A stretch of DNA of 64,000 nucleotides from TPA_inf: Saccharomyces (Eukaryota). The position numbers were made by a program, and so were the translations under genes. The stretch spans positions 544,001 through 608,000 of the forward strand of contig BK006949.2 of assembly GCA_000146045.2 (NCBI GenBank). Direction: 5' to 3'. The notes below the pieces were generated by a model. That model made no database searches, was not told where the DNA came from, and saw nothing but the letters and a program-made list of their open reading frames with translations. Shown here piece by piece: positions 17,504 to 28,268 of the stretch. Position 1 is the first letter of the stretch; every line of letters starts with the position of its first letter.

Positions 17504-19768
17504 TTACACTAGACTTGAATTAAATAAAGTATTGGACATAAAACTCTCCGAATCATTGTTCGGGACGTTGTTCCCTTTAATTTTCATTTTCTCAATTTCA
17601 TAAAGAGCCGCATCAATGCTATCGAAGTACGGAGAATATGTCTCTCCTGCATCACTAAATGTGTTGCTAGTATTATTTTCGTTGTTATTTGCTTGCGCTC
17701 TTTCCACACTAGCAGCTACACCTGCTTTGAATAATCGCCTTCTTACTTTGTCATTTATAGATACATTGACAAGGTAAATAAAGACATTGCGCCTCTTGTA
17801 ACTAGTGATAATTTCCTCCAGCACTTGGGCGGCTGAAGAATCTATTGAGGTCATCCCACCTAAATCGAAAATGACATATTTTATGGAATCCTTCGAGCGA
17901 AGTGATTTCCTTCCAGGATGTATCTTAGACGAACCGTACCTCTCTATTCTGTCAAGTCTCTGTTTTAAATCTTCGCTGTTTGTAAATGTGAGAGGCTCAG
18001 GTATTCTAACAATCATGCATCCCTCGATTTCTTCTGTGCCCTCAACATCCAGAGAGTTCCTTTTCATGTTCATCATGTAGTCGTCAAGATTCGTAAAGTT
18101 CGACGTTCCCGCTACCCTAGCCAGAATTTGGATTCTTGACTTTGCTGAATGCTTTATAATATTTATAATTGAATAGACACATCCGATGCATATTCCTGCT
18201 TCGATTGAGTAAAATATTGTAGTGCAGAAGGTAACAGCAAAAACAAATAGTTCACTAAAGCCACCACATCGCAAATGGAACTTTATGTCGCCTGGCACTT
18301 CCTCTAATAAACTAATTCCGATGATGGTTGTTATGACGGATAAAACACAATTAGGAATATAATGTACGAATTGAAGAAGTAAATTCATTGTGATTAGGGT
18401 GATGACACCCATAAACACTCCCGACATTACGCTTTGTGCTCCTGATAGGGCGTTGATCTTGGATCTTCCATATCCGCCGAATGCGGGAAGAGCACCGAAT
18501 AATGAGATGACAATATTCATGAATCCTAAAGCTACTAGTTCTCTATTAGAGGAAACGGTAAGATTGTAAGTTGTTCCAAGAGATTTCGACGCGGTCGTAG
18601 ATTCAAAAAAACCCAACATTGCCACTATTAGAGATGCACTAAAAAGATCTGGTATTAGCTTACGTCTAGGACGAGTTAAAGGGTTTTTCAATTCATCAAA
18701 ATTGTCCATGCTAAAGTCGCCAATGATAGAAATACCATATCTGTGTTTTAAATTAAATTTCATGGAAATAAGAATAGTAACAATTACCACCAATAATATA
18801 TCTGGAAAAAATATTGCGCTCTTGTGATATTTCATTAATTTCCTCTTTAGTAGACGCGTTAAAAAGAGGACAATCAAGCAACATCCGCTGAATATTGCCG
18901 TTGGTATATGGTATTGTGCTGGTGCATAATCAATGAGGAAAAGTATTTTCTCGAAAGGGGTATGGTAGTGTTGAGGCAAGCTTACTAAAAATTTGTCTAG
19001 CTTTAATTCAGAAATCAAAGAGTTGATTATCATAACCAGTCCTACTGAACTTATGAAACCTCGTAGAAGTGCCTTGCTAAGAACATTTCCAAGGAAACCA
19101 AATCTGGAAATACCAGAAAAAAGTAGGATAGTGCCACTAACAAATGTTATTACTGTTGAAATATCAATTAGAGAAACATTTTCTTTATGTAGTGTTATAG
19201 ATTCGACTGCTTGTCCCACGACCAAGGAAATTGCACTTTCGGGCCCAACTATCATCTGAGGAACAGAACCTAAAATACCATAGACAAATGGGCTAATAGC
19301 CAAAGAATATAGTCCGCATAAAGGTGGGACATGTGCAATTGAAGTTGTGTACGATAGCGCAAGTGGTATCTGAAATGACGCTACTGAGATACCTGCGATT
19401 ACGTCGCCCCACAGTTTATTGAAAGTGTACTCAGGAAGCCATGAAAAGCAGGGCAGGTAATAAGGTAAAGTTTCAAACACTGTATTCTCATCAACGCTAT
19501 CATTATTGTTCGTATTACTTGTATTACTTGTATTATTTGTATTATTTGTATTATTGGTGCATCCTGATCTTGAGTTGTTGGGTGGGGGTACCCCAGTAGT
19601 TGAATTAGATGCTGCAATATAGGTCCTGCCTCGATTGGATGAATCCTTATCATAATCAAAATTGTCCGAGAAAGTGTCACGCTGGTCGACTGATCTTTTG
19701 AATCTTGGTGGAGCGGTAGAGGAATATGACATCCTTCCACGCCCCAATAACGAATTATTTGATGTCAT
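17504..19768 (-). CDS. YPR003C: Putative SulP-family sulfate/anion transporter with C-terminal STAS domain, 754 aa
   Basis: The 754-aa polytopic membrane ORF has an Asn/Thr-rich N-terminus. Its order after the tRNA/LTRs matches YPR003C. Confidence 0.78.
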   Translation of the reverse strand: MTSNNSLLGRGRMSYSSTAPPRFKRSVDQRDTFSDNFDYDKDSSNRGRTYIAASNSTTGVPPPNNSRSGCTNNTNNTNNTSNTSNTNNNDSVDENTVFETLPYYLPCFSWLPEYTFNKLWGDVIAGISVASFQIPLALSYTTSIAHVPPLCGLYSLAISPFVYGILGSVPQMIVGPESAISLVVGQAVESITLHKENVSLIDISTVITFVSGTILLFSGISRFGFLGNVLSKALLRGFISSVGLVMIINSLISELKLDKFLVSLPQHYHTPFEKILFLIDYAPAQYHIPTAIFSGCCLIVLFLTRLLKRKLMKYHKSAIFFPDILLVVIVTILISMKFNLKHRYGISIIGDFSMDNFDELKNPLTRPRRKLIPDLFSASLIVAMLGFFESTTASKSLGTTYNLTVSSNRELVALGFMNIVISLFGALPAFGGYGRSKINALSGAQSVMSGVFMGVITLITMNLLLQFVHYIPNCVLSVITTIIGISLLEEVPGDIKFHLRCGGFSELFVFAVTFCTTIFYSIEAGICIGCVYSIINIIKHSAKSRIQILARVAGTSNFTNLDDYMMNMKRNSLDVEGTEEIEGCMIVRIPEPLTFTNSEDLKQRLDRIERYGSSKIHPGRKSLRSKDSIKYVIFDLGGMTSIDSSAAQVLEEIITSYKRRNVFIYLVNVSINDKVRRRLFKAGVAASVERAQANNNENNTSNTFSDAGETYSPYFDSIDAALYEIEKMKIKGNNVPNNDSESFMSNTLFNSSLV

Positions 19769-20006
19769 CCTATAATTGTTTCCGTAAGTTCTTGGAAATC
19801 ACTAGGAAGTTTGTGGAGTTATTGTTCTCCTCATATTCTCCCATCTGGAAGAACTCTATTATTCCTTTGCCATTTCTCGTAGTCTTTTATATTTAGTCCG
19901 CTTTACACCGAAAAGGTCATTTTTAAAAAGGCAAGAGAACTAGGAAAAGTAAAACGTGCCCCCTTCAAAGCGAAGAGATGAATATATTTAGAAGTTAAGA
20001 ATTTAT

Positions 20007-21041
20007 TTATTTATATTTACCAAGTTTTTCAGTTAGTTCAGGGACTATTTTGTAAAGATCCCCTTGCAACCCATAGTCAGCGACATTAAATATAGGGGCA
20101 TCAGGATCATTGTTAATGGCAACGATAACTTTCGAATCCTTCATTCCCGCTAAATGCTGAACTGCACCAGAAACGCCAATGGCTATATACAAATTTGGTG
20201 CGACTACCTTACCAGTCTGACCGATTTGTAGAGAATTATCACATAGTCCATTATCAACAGAAGCTCTTGTGGCACCTATAGCAGCGTGCAAAACATCTGC
20301 TAGCGGCGATAATAGCTTCTCAAATGTCTCCTTATCCTTGAGTGCCCTTCCACCAGTTACCACGTTCTGTGCAGAAGTAAGTTCAGGCCTTTCACTCTTG
20401 GTAAGAATAGTTTTAACCCAGGTAACATTTAAGTCACAAGGAGGAATATCAGTTCTCTTCTCAATGGTAACAGAATCCATACTACCCTCTGCAATTGGTG
20501 GAAAAGCTGATGCCCTAATAATCAACAGTTTTTTTTCTGCCTGGCATTCTATTGTAGAAATAATGTTACCTGCATAAATTGGCCTTATAAAGGTCTTAGG
20601 ATCTTTGATTACAGTAACCTCACAAACAGGTTGGACGTCCAAGAGCGCACCCACCCGAGGTAAAACACTTTTTCCAACAGAGGAGTTTGAGACAACAAAA
20701 TGTGAATAGTCGCCGCCTTTTAATAGTTTCACTAATAACGGAGTTAGTTGTTCGGGAAGACAGGTATCTAATTTTGAATCTTCAAATATGACAAGCTTTT
20801 CTAAATTGCTGCATGAATATGAAGATTTTAGCGCCTCAGCAGTTTTTTCAGCTTTGCTACCTGTGATTACAGCTGTGATAGGGTTAGACAACTTTTGTGC
20901 AGCAGCCAATAAACTCAATGATGACCTTGAAACAGAGCCATCTTTTGAGCTTTCAATGAAAGCTAAAGTGGAGGCGTAATTTTTCTGGAGGAACTTTGCC
21001 TTGCTAGCTCTAGGCAAGACAGCAGCCAATGATTTAAACAT
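20007..21041 (-). CDS. AIM45: Mitochondrial electron-transfer flavoprotein alpha-subunit homologue, 344 aa
   Basis: The ETF-alpha FAD-binding C-terminal region is present. The known protein starts MFKSLAAVL, which is Met5 of the longest ORF. Confidence 0.8.
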   Translation of the reverse strand: MFKSLAAVLPRASKAKFLQKNYASTLAFIESSKDGSVSRSSLSLLAAAQKLSNPITAVITGSKAEKTAEALKSSYSCSNLEKLVIFEDSKLDTCLPEQLTPLLVKLLKGGDYSHFVVSNSSVGKSVLPRVGALLDVQPVCEVTVIKDPKTFIRPIYAGNIISTIECQAEKKLLIIRASAFPPIAEGSMDSVTIEKRTDIPPCDLNVTWVKTILTKSERPELTSAQNVVTGGRALKDKETFEKLLSPLADVLHAAIGATRASVDNGLCDNSLQIGQTGKVVAPNLYIAIGVSGAVQHLAGMKDSKVIVAINNDPDAPIFNVADYGLQGDLYKIVPELTEKLGKYK

Positions 21042-21786
21042 AGAAATTAACAATTAGCTGCTTTACCGTTAATGGTAGTAAATTATATCACTAGATTTTG
21101 TTTGTTGATTATTTTAATTGTTTTTAATTTTTAGTTAGTAGATTTTCGTTCGAGGCCCTAAAAATGTACCGAAAAGTCATAATAAACGGGCGGAGTCACA
21201 TCGTAAGAGTAACATATACAATATGCGAGCAGACTTTGTCCATTAAGCCAAGTAACAACAAAAGAACCAAAAAAAGGAAAGTATCTCGTCTCTGTTGAGT
21301 AATTCTTATATCTTGCAAGATTTAATTCTCACTACTAATACGGAACTCAATCAAAGTGGCTTAATCCCAAGACATGCATTGAATACGGTATCATTGGCTG
21401 TTGACAGTTTAAGAAAAGTAGTTGTCACGTTCCTGAGGTTACTGGGGACAAGGGAAAGTAGATACTCGTCTTACGAAATTGGATATAGTTACTCTCTAAT
21501 GCTCAATCCATGTAAAGCATGAATCATCTCAACAGAAAAATCTGGGAGAGCATATTTGCAACAAAAGAATCCAAATATCAGTATATAATTATATAAGTGA
21601 GCTAAGAAGTGAACAAAAGAAAAGGAAGAGGGGAAAAATTTTGGCTGGACTTGTAGAACGATAGAACGAAAGAGTCCAAGGGGGAAGTAATAAAGTTATT
21701 GAACGAAACAACAAAAATTCGATGGAGATATTAACAAATGCATAGCAGCGCAGCTAACCGACCCGAAGCTAGTACCAACGAATTTT

Positions 21787-22671
21787 TCAACTATTCTGTG
21801 TTGATTGTCTCCTTTGCAACACCGAGCTCTTCAGTATTCTCAGCTGAAAGTTATTATTGAAATCACGTTGGGGACTTTCATGATCTAGTGGTCTTGGTGA
21901 GTAGCATTTAATATTTTGACCATTGAAAGGGCATCTCTCAATTGGAGAAAGGCCACTCTTAGGGATAGGCGTTTTAACAATCTGTTTATGGGATGAATGA
22001 TATATTTTTGAGGATGGATTCACGATACTGATATGTTTCCCGTCCGCATTATTCGGATATGTAGTGCCTTCTTTCGATAAAATAGATGCCAATCCTGGCG
22101 TATGCTTTGTTTCGATGACGGAGCTTACCAATTTTTCACTTCGTATTTTCGATGAGTTCTTATTTTTACATTTGACGTTCAATATTCCGACATACGTCTC
22201 TCTTTCTGAAATGTTGGAACTCTGTGGCCTTGGATTTGGTGTTTTTTCACCCGAAAAATTGTTGATAACTGCACTTTTCTTTGAGGTACTACTATTTATA
22301 TCTTCCTGCTCTTTTGTTCCCCGCTTAAGATGTTTTGGATGGCAAGTTTCAATAAACTGCGGTTTTATTCCTGCTTCTGAAGAGGTGCCCGAGATGTGAA
22401 CCTCATTTCCACCACTACCAGTATAAGTAAAGTAGTCCGTACCTTCTTTTCCAAAGTCATTTGAGGAATATACCAAAAAAACACCTTCCTTTACTTGAAA
22501 GCGATCCACGAATGGGAAAGTATCCCCTTCCGAAGTCACATCTGAGGGAACAAATTTTAAAACATATGAGATGTTGTTTTCATCCACGGCATCATAAAAT
22601 TTACAGCAATTATTCTCATACATCAAGTTTTTGAGAGTGTAGTCATGCAATCCTAAATCTTTGAAATGCAT
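21787..22671 (-). CDS. HAL1: Halotolerance protein, 294 aa
   Basis: The 294-aa ORF between AIM45 and ICL2 matches YPR005C. Confidence 0.75.
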   Translation of the reverse strand: MHFKDLGLHDYTLKNLMYENNCCKFYDAVDENNISYVLKFVPSDVTSEGDTFPFVDRFQVKEGVFLVYSSNDFGKEGTDYFTYTGSGGNEVHISGTSSEAGIKPQFIETCHPKHLKRGTKEQEDINSSTSKKSAVINNFSGEKTPNPRPQSSNISERETYVGILNVKCKNKNSSKIRSEKLVSSVIETKHTPGLASILSKEGTTYPNNADGKHISIVNPSSKIYHSSHKQIVKTPIPKSGLSPIERCPFNGQNIKCYSPRPLDHESPQRDFNNNFQLRILKSSVLQRRQSTQNS

Positions 22672-23268
22672 CTGATCTATTTGTTTCTGTATTTCTCTTT
22701 TCTTGAGTTATATAAACGGAATGATTAGTAGTTTGGCAGAATTTATAGCAAGTATTAAATAGTTGAATACCTCAATATTCTCCATAATAAACGCCATATC
22801 GTACATAAAGGCTAAAACAAGAATGCCTGATACCGTTCTGCTTTTTGTTTTATCTTTCCCTATATTTTCTTTCCCTTTTGATGCTTTACGTAATTTTTCC
22901 CGGCATATGTGAGCTTCCTAATAGACTCTATTTTTATTTTTCCCTTTCAAAGTGCGAGAGAAATACACACAACCAGCCTACGCTTATTTTCACCCATACC
23001 GTCATACGCCATATGATATATAATGTGAAACAAACGCGGGGAAGAGCGCGACACGACAGCTTAGCAGGGGCATTCCACGCAACACCTGAAACTTTAAGTA
23101 AAACTGTTTCTGCGAGGATATCTTGGCAAAACAAACACTAACTTTCGAACTAAATATAGTGATCGTGGTCATAAATTAATAAAAAGAGGATAAATAGAGA
23201 TAAAAGAGATATGTGACTAAGTTGCTGGCAATATGTATTATTTATACTTTTATCTTCTTGAAGCGTAT

Positions 23269-24996
23269 TCAAAATTGCGTTTCGGTAAAGCTCTCACCAG
23301 ATGTACTTAAAGTTTGGGATGAAGCACCGTTTTGGACAACTTTCATTAAGGAATCAACATATTCTGCACCAGACCATAGCTGGTGTGTCATGATATCACA
23401 ATTAGTCTCCTTTTCCCGTTTTTGCACTTTTTCGACGTATGCTTTCATTCCGTCACTTTGGAAGCTATTGGCTAATTCCCAGAATGATACTCCATCTGAA
23501 TGCAGACCGGCAAGGGAAACCAGTTGCAACGTGAAGCCTTCTTTTGCCAAGTCCCATACGAAGGATTTTAATGCCTTATCATCAAAGCCGTGAGCGCTCC
23601 AATTGAAACTAGGAGATAAGTTATATACTAGCTTGGTAGCTGGAAGTTGTTTATGAATTTTTCTTGAAAATGAGCGTGCCTGCTCCAGGTCAGGAGTTTT
23701 CGTTTCCAGCCAAATCATATCAGAATATGGGGCAAACACCAAAGATCTTCTAATAGCTGCTTCAATACAACCGTTAAACATGTAATATCCCTCTTTGGTC
23801 CTCGGAGCATCCCAGTCAAATATAATTTTCTTTAGTGGTGTCACTTCTTGAGCTAAAAGTTTCATTTCTCTTAAGCTTAGGTATGCTCTACCCAGCTTGT
23901 TTACCATAAGGTCTTCCTTCTTTTCTTTATAGCTTTCAAACTCGCTTGCCGTAAACTGCTTTTCTAAGGCCTCTTCAAATGTAAACAGCTCATTTTCATG
24001 GTACCATTCTTTTTCCATGTCAGCAATGGCGGAGTTGGGAATTTTTTTGTCCTCCATCTCAATCAATTTTTCGCTCCAAGGCACCACGTTATCTCTTATT
24101 ATACCCCTAATGAATTCGTGGTCTCTCGGATCACTGCTTGAACTCAACAGCTTACCATTACAGGAATCTGTTCTTGCAATAACCAAATTTTCTGTCCCCA
24201 TGATATCCCATTGAAACCTGGTGGAAATCAATCTCATAAGATGTGTTGCTGTGGGCACCAAAACAGCCCCACTTAGATGGCCACACCTTTTGCCTCCCAC
24301 CATCTGATCTTCAAGATGAATACCAGCAGCCCCTTTCTCCGCAAACAACTTAGCAACTTTCATTACAGTCGTTGGGCCACCGTGACCCATGTCTGCGTCC
24401 GCGATAATTGGTTTTAAATAATCAACAGGAGTAGAACCTTTGATGGAGGCCTCCAAGAAAGCCTTTCGATCGTGCAATTGCTGCGCCTTGAATATTCTCT
24501 CCACTTGATTCGGCACAGTATCGTATGGATAATCGCCAAAATCCGGCGATACTTCATTTGTAGATCCAACTAATGTGGAAGAACAAGCCCAACCAGATAT
24601 GTAAGCAACTTTGATATTTCTGCAACGGGCCAACTGACTCATTTGTACAGGATCGATAACTCCCAACGTGTGAAGTGGAGTACCATTCTTGAAATTCTCT
24701 TCTAGTAAGTTGAACAGCTTTCGAGCTTGATAAGATGAAGGATAAATTGAAGTATTAGCAGGAAGGCTGCCCCGATGCTTTACAACATCCGTAGCTGAGT
24801 ATGGACGACTGATATTCTTAAATCTGGCTGATTCCCACCATTCTTCTACTTTACTTGATTCCGAGAACACGAAGTCTTTAGTACTGCTTGCCCCGTTGAA
24901 AGATCTTCGCAGTGACTTGTCTGATGACAAAACCAGCTTCTTCAGTGTTCCCGTAGTTTTTCTATTGAAAGTTTTGTTGTTAATCATTGTAATCAT
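23269..24996 (-). CDS. ICL2: Mitochondrial 2-methylisocitrate lyase, 575 aa
   Basis: The isocitrate-lyase signature K-[KR]-C-G-H is present as GGKRCGHLSG. The 575-aa length matches YPR006C. Confidence 0.88.
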   Translation of the reverse strand: MITMINNKTFNRKTTGTLKKLVLSSDKSLRRSFNGASSTKDFVFSESSKVEEWWESARFKNISRPYSATDVVKHRGSLPANTSIYPSSYQARKLFNLLEENFKNGTPLHTLGVIDPVQMSQLARCRNIKVAYISGWACSSTLVGSTNEVSPDFGDYPYDTVPNQVERIFKAQQLHDRKAFLEASIKGSTPVDYLKPIIADADMGHGGPTTVMKVAKLFAEKGAAGIHLEDQMVGGKRCGHLSGAVLVPTATHLMRLISTRFQWDIMGTENLVIARTDSCNGKLLSSSSDPRDHEFIRGIIRDNVVPWSEKLIEMEDKKIPNSAIADMEKEWYHENELFTFEEALEKQFTASEFESYKEKKEDLMVNKLGRAYLSLREMKLLAQEVTPLKKIIFDWDAPRTKEGYYMFNGCIEAAIRRSLVFAPYSDMIWLETKTPDLEQARSFSRKIHKQLPATKLVYNLSPSFNWSAHGFDDKALKSFVWDLAKEGFTLQLVSLAGLHSDGVSFWELANSFQSDGMKAYVEKVQKREKETNCDIMTHQLWSGAEYVDSLMKVVQNGASSQTLSTSGESFTETQF

Positions 24997-25335
24997 CGGC
25001 GAAATACTAGAAAAGTCGAAATCGATATTATTATCGGCGCTGTAGCTTCTTTAGGCCACTAGTACTTTTATAAGCTCTTCAACCGCAACAAAAGTTAAGA
25101 AATAAGAGAGTTATTCTTAAGCCCATTTTTTACATTATATAGTGTACGTATGATATCGCTAGCATGATGTTAGTGTTTCGGCGCTTCTAATTGAAGAGCA
25201 TATCCTTTTCTTCTCCAATGCACTTTTATTTCTTTCCCCGCAAGCATATTCGGCCCGGATCTCGGACTTGGATCATTAACCTGAGGACAGCGGCTAGTAA
25301 CCGCTGTCGCTCATATGGAAGGAGAAAATAAAAAT

Positions 25336-27378
25336 TCAGGCATATACAATTATTTCGTCCTCTCTTCTCAGTTTAAGATCTTTAGTTACCGCATCTGCAA
25401 CAGGATATTCGTTCAACTTGACCATCCCTTTCGTAGCCAAATTCAGTAAGGATAGGAAGGCACTGGCGGCTATCTGTCTGCTGACACCTCTTTCTACATC
25501 ATCAAAGTTAGCTCCCGTTTGAGCTTCGCCCATGCGGCTTGGGATGATGTCAACCAACAGCATCTTTCTCTTGAAAGGCGGATTGGAGCGCGTTGTTCTT
25601 CCGACAACAATTGATCTTTCTTTGATGTAATCGTAGAATTTTTTAGTTTGATAATCCAGAATGACGTCTTGAAAATTTGTTTTGTCCTGCTGCAAATTTT
25701 GCTGAGAGCCATCAGAAAAACAACTGTTGCTGGAATCGTCTTCCTCGGCAAAATTCTGTTCAGATGGCCCGACTCTCCTTCTGAGAGCACCAACTATATC
25801 TTCATTGAAACCACTAGACCTGGTTGAGTTTCTGGTATGACTTCTTCCAAAACTTGAAGGAGGTAGATTCAAATTAAAATCTAGGATGTTACCTTGAGAG
25901 TTTTCTTCAATATAGTGCCCATCTTCCAAATCCTCATTAATTTGTTCAAGGTTTAAAAGTAAATTATCATTTTCCATATCGGAAGAATAATTATCGTTCT
26001 TATTATTGCGAAAACTTTTCCTACCATATTCGTGACTTCTGGTACTACTTGAGCTTTGGGTTGATACTAAAGAATGTGCTCTTTTTCTCCCTCTTTCAAC
26101 TGAACTAAAACCTTGGGGATATAAGTCCCATTCGCTAGTCTTTATATTGGAAAAGTCGTTAAATATACTTAACCAATTTGTTGAAAAAAATTCTTCCTCA
26201 CCACATGACCTTACCAAACTACTTATGTTAGAGGTGAGAAAATTTTGGCCGGTTAGTTTTCTAATCCTGTTTTTTTCCATTAAGTGACTGTAATTTCCAT
26301 GGTTGAATTTGAGAACTTCATTTGGATAACTCGTTTTGGCATCAAATTGTACCTTAGAAAATTGCCCACCTACATCGGCGCGATGTCCTCTTTGCATTCT
26401 GGTGTTAAGTTTCTGTTGAAGATCGTTTTCTTCTTCAGAAGCCTGCGCTTCTAACCCCAATTCGTAGTCTTTGAGATTGGCTACCGGCCCTTCATTTTCA
26501 ACTGATGTATCTTCTCCTCCATTACTGTTATTTTCATTATCGTTCTCAAAATTCAACACCAATTCATCTCCTTGATAATTAAACTTGAAATCGTTTCCAT
26601 CCTTCTGTGAACTTGAGTGAGAGCCTAAAGGTGTCCCCTGATGGCTCACTATATCATCTAAGTCCAGGTTAAAGTCCACATCAACGGGAATTTCATCCAG
26701 CGGAAAAGAATTTCTAACGTTAGATCCTAGATTACTTTGCGCGTCTGAGTTAGTCATGTCCCCATGAAGCTCGAACCTGTTAGAATTACTTAACTCATTG
26801 ATGTAGTCTTGTCTCCTTATTGATTTAGCTTCCTCAATAAAAGATACATTATCTTGGAGAGTAGTGTTAAGAAACTCCAGTGCGGGAACTTTAGTAATAT
26901 CATATAAGGGATCGTCATCGAAAAAAACGCATTCTTCCCAGGTGTAATTATTGTTTTTGTTTCCTATAATACTGTTATTACTATTCAATCCATTAATCCT
27001 CGTAGACTTATTTTTGGCCTTAAAAGCGTATACATCATTTTTTTGTAACTGCACAAGCAGGTGATTTAGGTCATTCAACACATACTCGGTTTTTTTATTA
27101 TAGCAAATTGTCACTCCATATAAAAGATTAGAAATGTATCTAAGAGAAAAATCATTTTCGAAATTTTGAATTTCATCACATGTTTTTGGTATGGAAATAT
27201 TTACGATGTCTTTTTTCTTAACGGTGGATGAAGATATGTTTCCAGTGGAGTTGCTTTTGTTTGAATAATAATTGTTACTTTCCTTTACAATGGAATTTCC
27301 CAACGCAGAAAGCAACCACACTGTTGTGAGGCCCTTATATTTCTTGTCATCTTTAAAGTTCAACGAAAGAGGTGCCAT
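25336..27378 (-). CDS. REC8: Meiosis-specific cohesin kleisin subunit, 680 aa
   Basis: The 680-aa length and order match YPR007C. There is a URS1 element in the promoter, listed below. Confidence 0.82.
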   Translation of the reverse strand: MAPLSLNFKDDKKYKGLTTVWLLSALGNSIVKESNNYYSNKSNSTGNISSSTVKKKDIVNISIPKTCDEIQNFENDFSLRYISNLLYGVTICYNKKTEYVLNDLNHLLVQLQKNDVYAFKAKNKSTRINGLNSNNSIIGNKNNNYTWEECVFFDDDPLYDITKVPALEFLNTTLQDNVSFIEEAKSIRRQDYINELSNSNRFELHGDMTNSDAQSNLGSNVRNSFPLDEIPVDVDFNLDLDDIVSHQGTPLGSHSSSQKDGNDFKFNYQGDELVLNFENDNENNSNGGEDTSVENEGPVANLKDYELGLEAQASEEENDLQQKLNTRMQRGHRADVGGQFSKVQFDAKTSYPNEVLKFNHGNYSHLMEKNRIRKLTGQNFLTSNISSLVRSCGEEEFFSTNWLSIFNDFSNIKTSEWDLYPQGFSSVERGRKRAHSLVSTQSSSSTRSHEYGRKSFRNNKNDNYSSDMENDNLLLNLEQINEDLEDGHYIEENSQGNILDFNLNLPPSSFGRSHTRNSTRSSGFNEDIVGALRRRVGPSEQNFAEEDDSSNSCFSDGSQQNLQQDKTNFQDVILDYQTKKFYDYIKERSIVVGRTTRSNPPFKRKMLLVDIIPSRMGEAQTGANFDDVERGVSRQIAASAFLSLLNLATKGMVKLNEYPVADAVTKDLKLRREDEIIVYA

Positions 27379-27555
27379 TGCAGAATATTTGTAATATTAA
27401 TCTATATATAGCAAATGCTTTAGAGTTGCTGAGGCTAAAAAGAAATTATAGAACAACTATAAAATATTAAGTCCGGATACACTGCTTCCTTTATACCATG
27501 CCCTTCCCTTTATAGTGTAAAAACGCGTAATCTTAATCAATCTGATATATTGGTT

Positions 27556-27564
27556 TGCCGCCGA
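27556..27564 (-). promoter_or_regulatory. URS1 (Ume6-binding) early-meiotic element upstream of REC8
   Basis: The plus strand reads TGCCGCCGA, which is TCGGCGGCA on the REC8 strand (URS1 core TCGGCGGC). It lies ~180 bp upstream of the REC8 ATG. An ACGCGT MCB hexamer sits ~35 bp further upstream at 27523-27528. Confidence 0.6.
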
Positions 27565-27687
27565 AGTCAAGTTCTCCTGCTAAAACGAGACAAAAAGAAC
27601 ACGTGAAAGAAGAAAGAAAAACGTTACGATAAAATAAGTTTTATACCTACTTTCATATCTACCAAAGGAACACAATGAATTGCCGTA

Positions 27688-27848
27688 TGTTATTCTTGAA
27701 GTAAGAGTCAAGTATTATTTATGGACTAGTATTCACGTTACTAGTACATTATCACATGCGGTGTAAGAAGATGATATAAAAATTGAGGGACAGTAATCAA
27801 ATTCAACGGAAGTCAAAAAGGAAGGATTGGTAATGTATAATATCGAAA
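27688..27848 (+). mobile_element. 5' fragment of a delta-like LTR (forward orientation), truncated by insertion of another LTR
   Basis: It begins TGTTATTCTTG… and is collinear with delta (…actagtattcacgttactagtacattatcacatgcggtgtaagaagatga…). It ends abruptly at ~27848. Confidence 0.55.
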
Positions 27849-28173
27849 AATGTGCGAAATAGTTGATAATTGTTGGAGTTTTATAGTTGTTAAAGGCTAT
27901 AATATTACGTATTTAGAATATACTAGAATTTCTCTATGAGAAGAACCCACGAAGAGATCGATATTCTCGATATAATGGCATTATTGTTATCCTTTTCATC
28001 TTATGTGACTGTCATTCATCATCCTACTAAATTATCAATCCTTGCAATTAGCTTCTATTACACCTGATGACTGTTTTTCAATCTTTATGTGATCTTTTTA
28101 CACCCAATGTGATAAAGTACTAGTAACATGAATACTACTAAACAGATGATACTTTAGAGTTTTCATTCCAACA
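27849..28173 (-). mobile_element. Full-length diverged delta-like LTR on the minus strand, ~95 bp upstream of tRNA-Gly
   Basis: The reverse complement starts TGTTGGAATGAAAACTCTAAAG… (plus strand 28173 downward). It is about 90% identical to the older LTR at 16813-17087 (for example cgagaatatcgatctcttcgtgg[a/g]ttcttctcatagagaaattctagtat). Confidence 0.7.
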
Positions 28174-28268
28174 CTCAATTGTAAAAATAAGACAATATTA
28201 TGATTTTTTGGCTGTATAACCACATCTATTTAGTAGCAGGGTGACATGTTACTCCCACACAATACTTC

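Noticed and set aside
28174-28268. Possible additional LTR remnant between the minus-strand LTR and tRNA-Gly
   Set aside because: Similarity to delta termini is weak and patchy. I cannot distinguish it from ordinary tRNA 5' flank.
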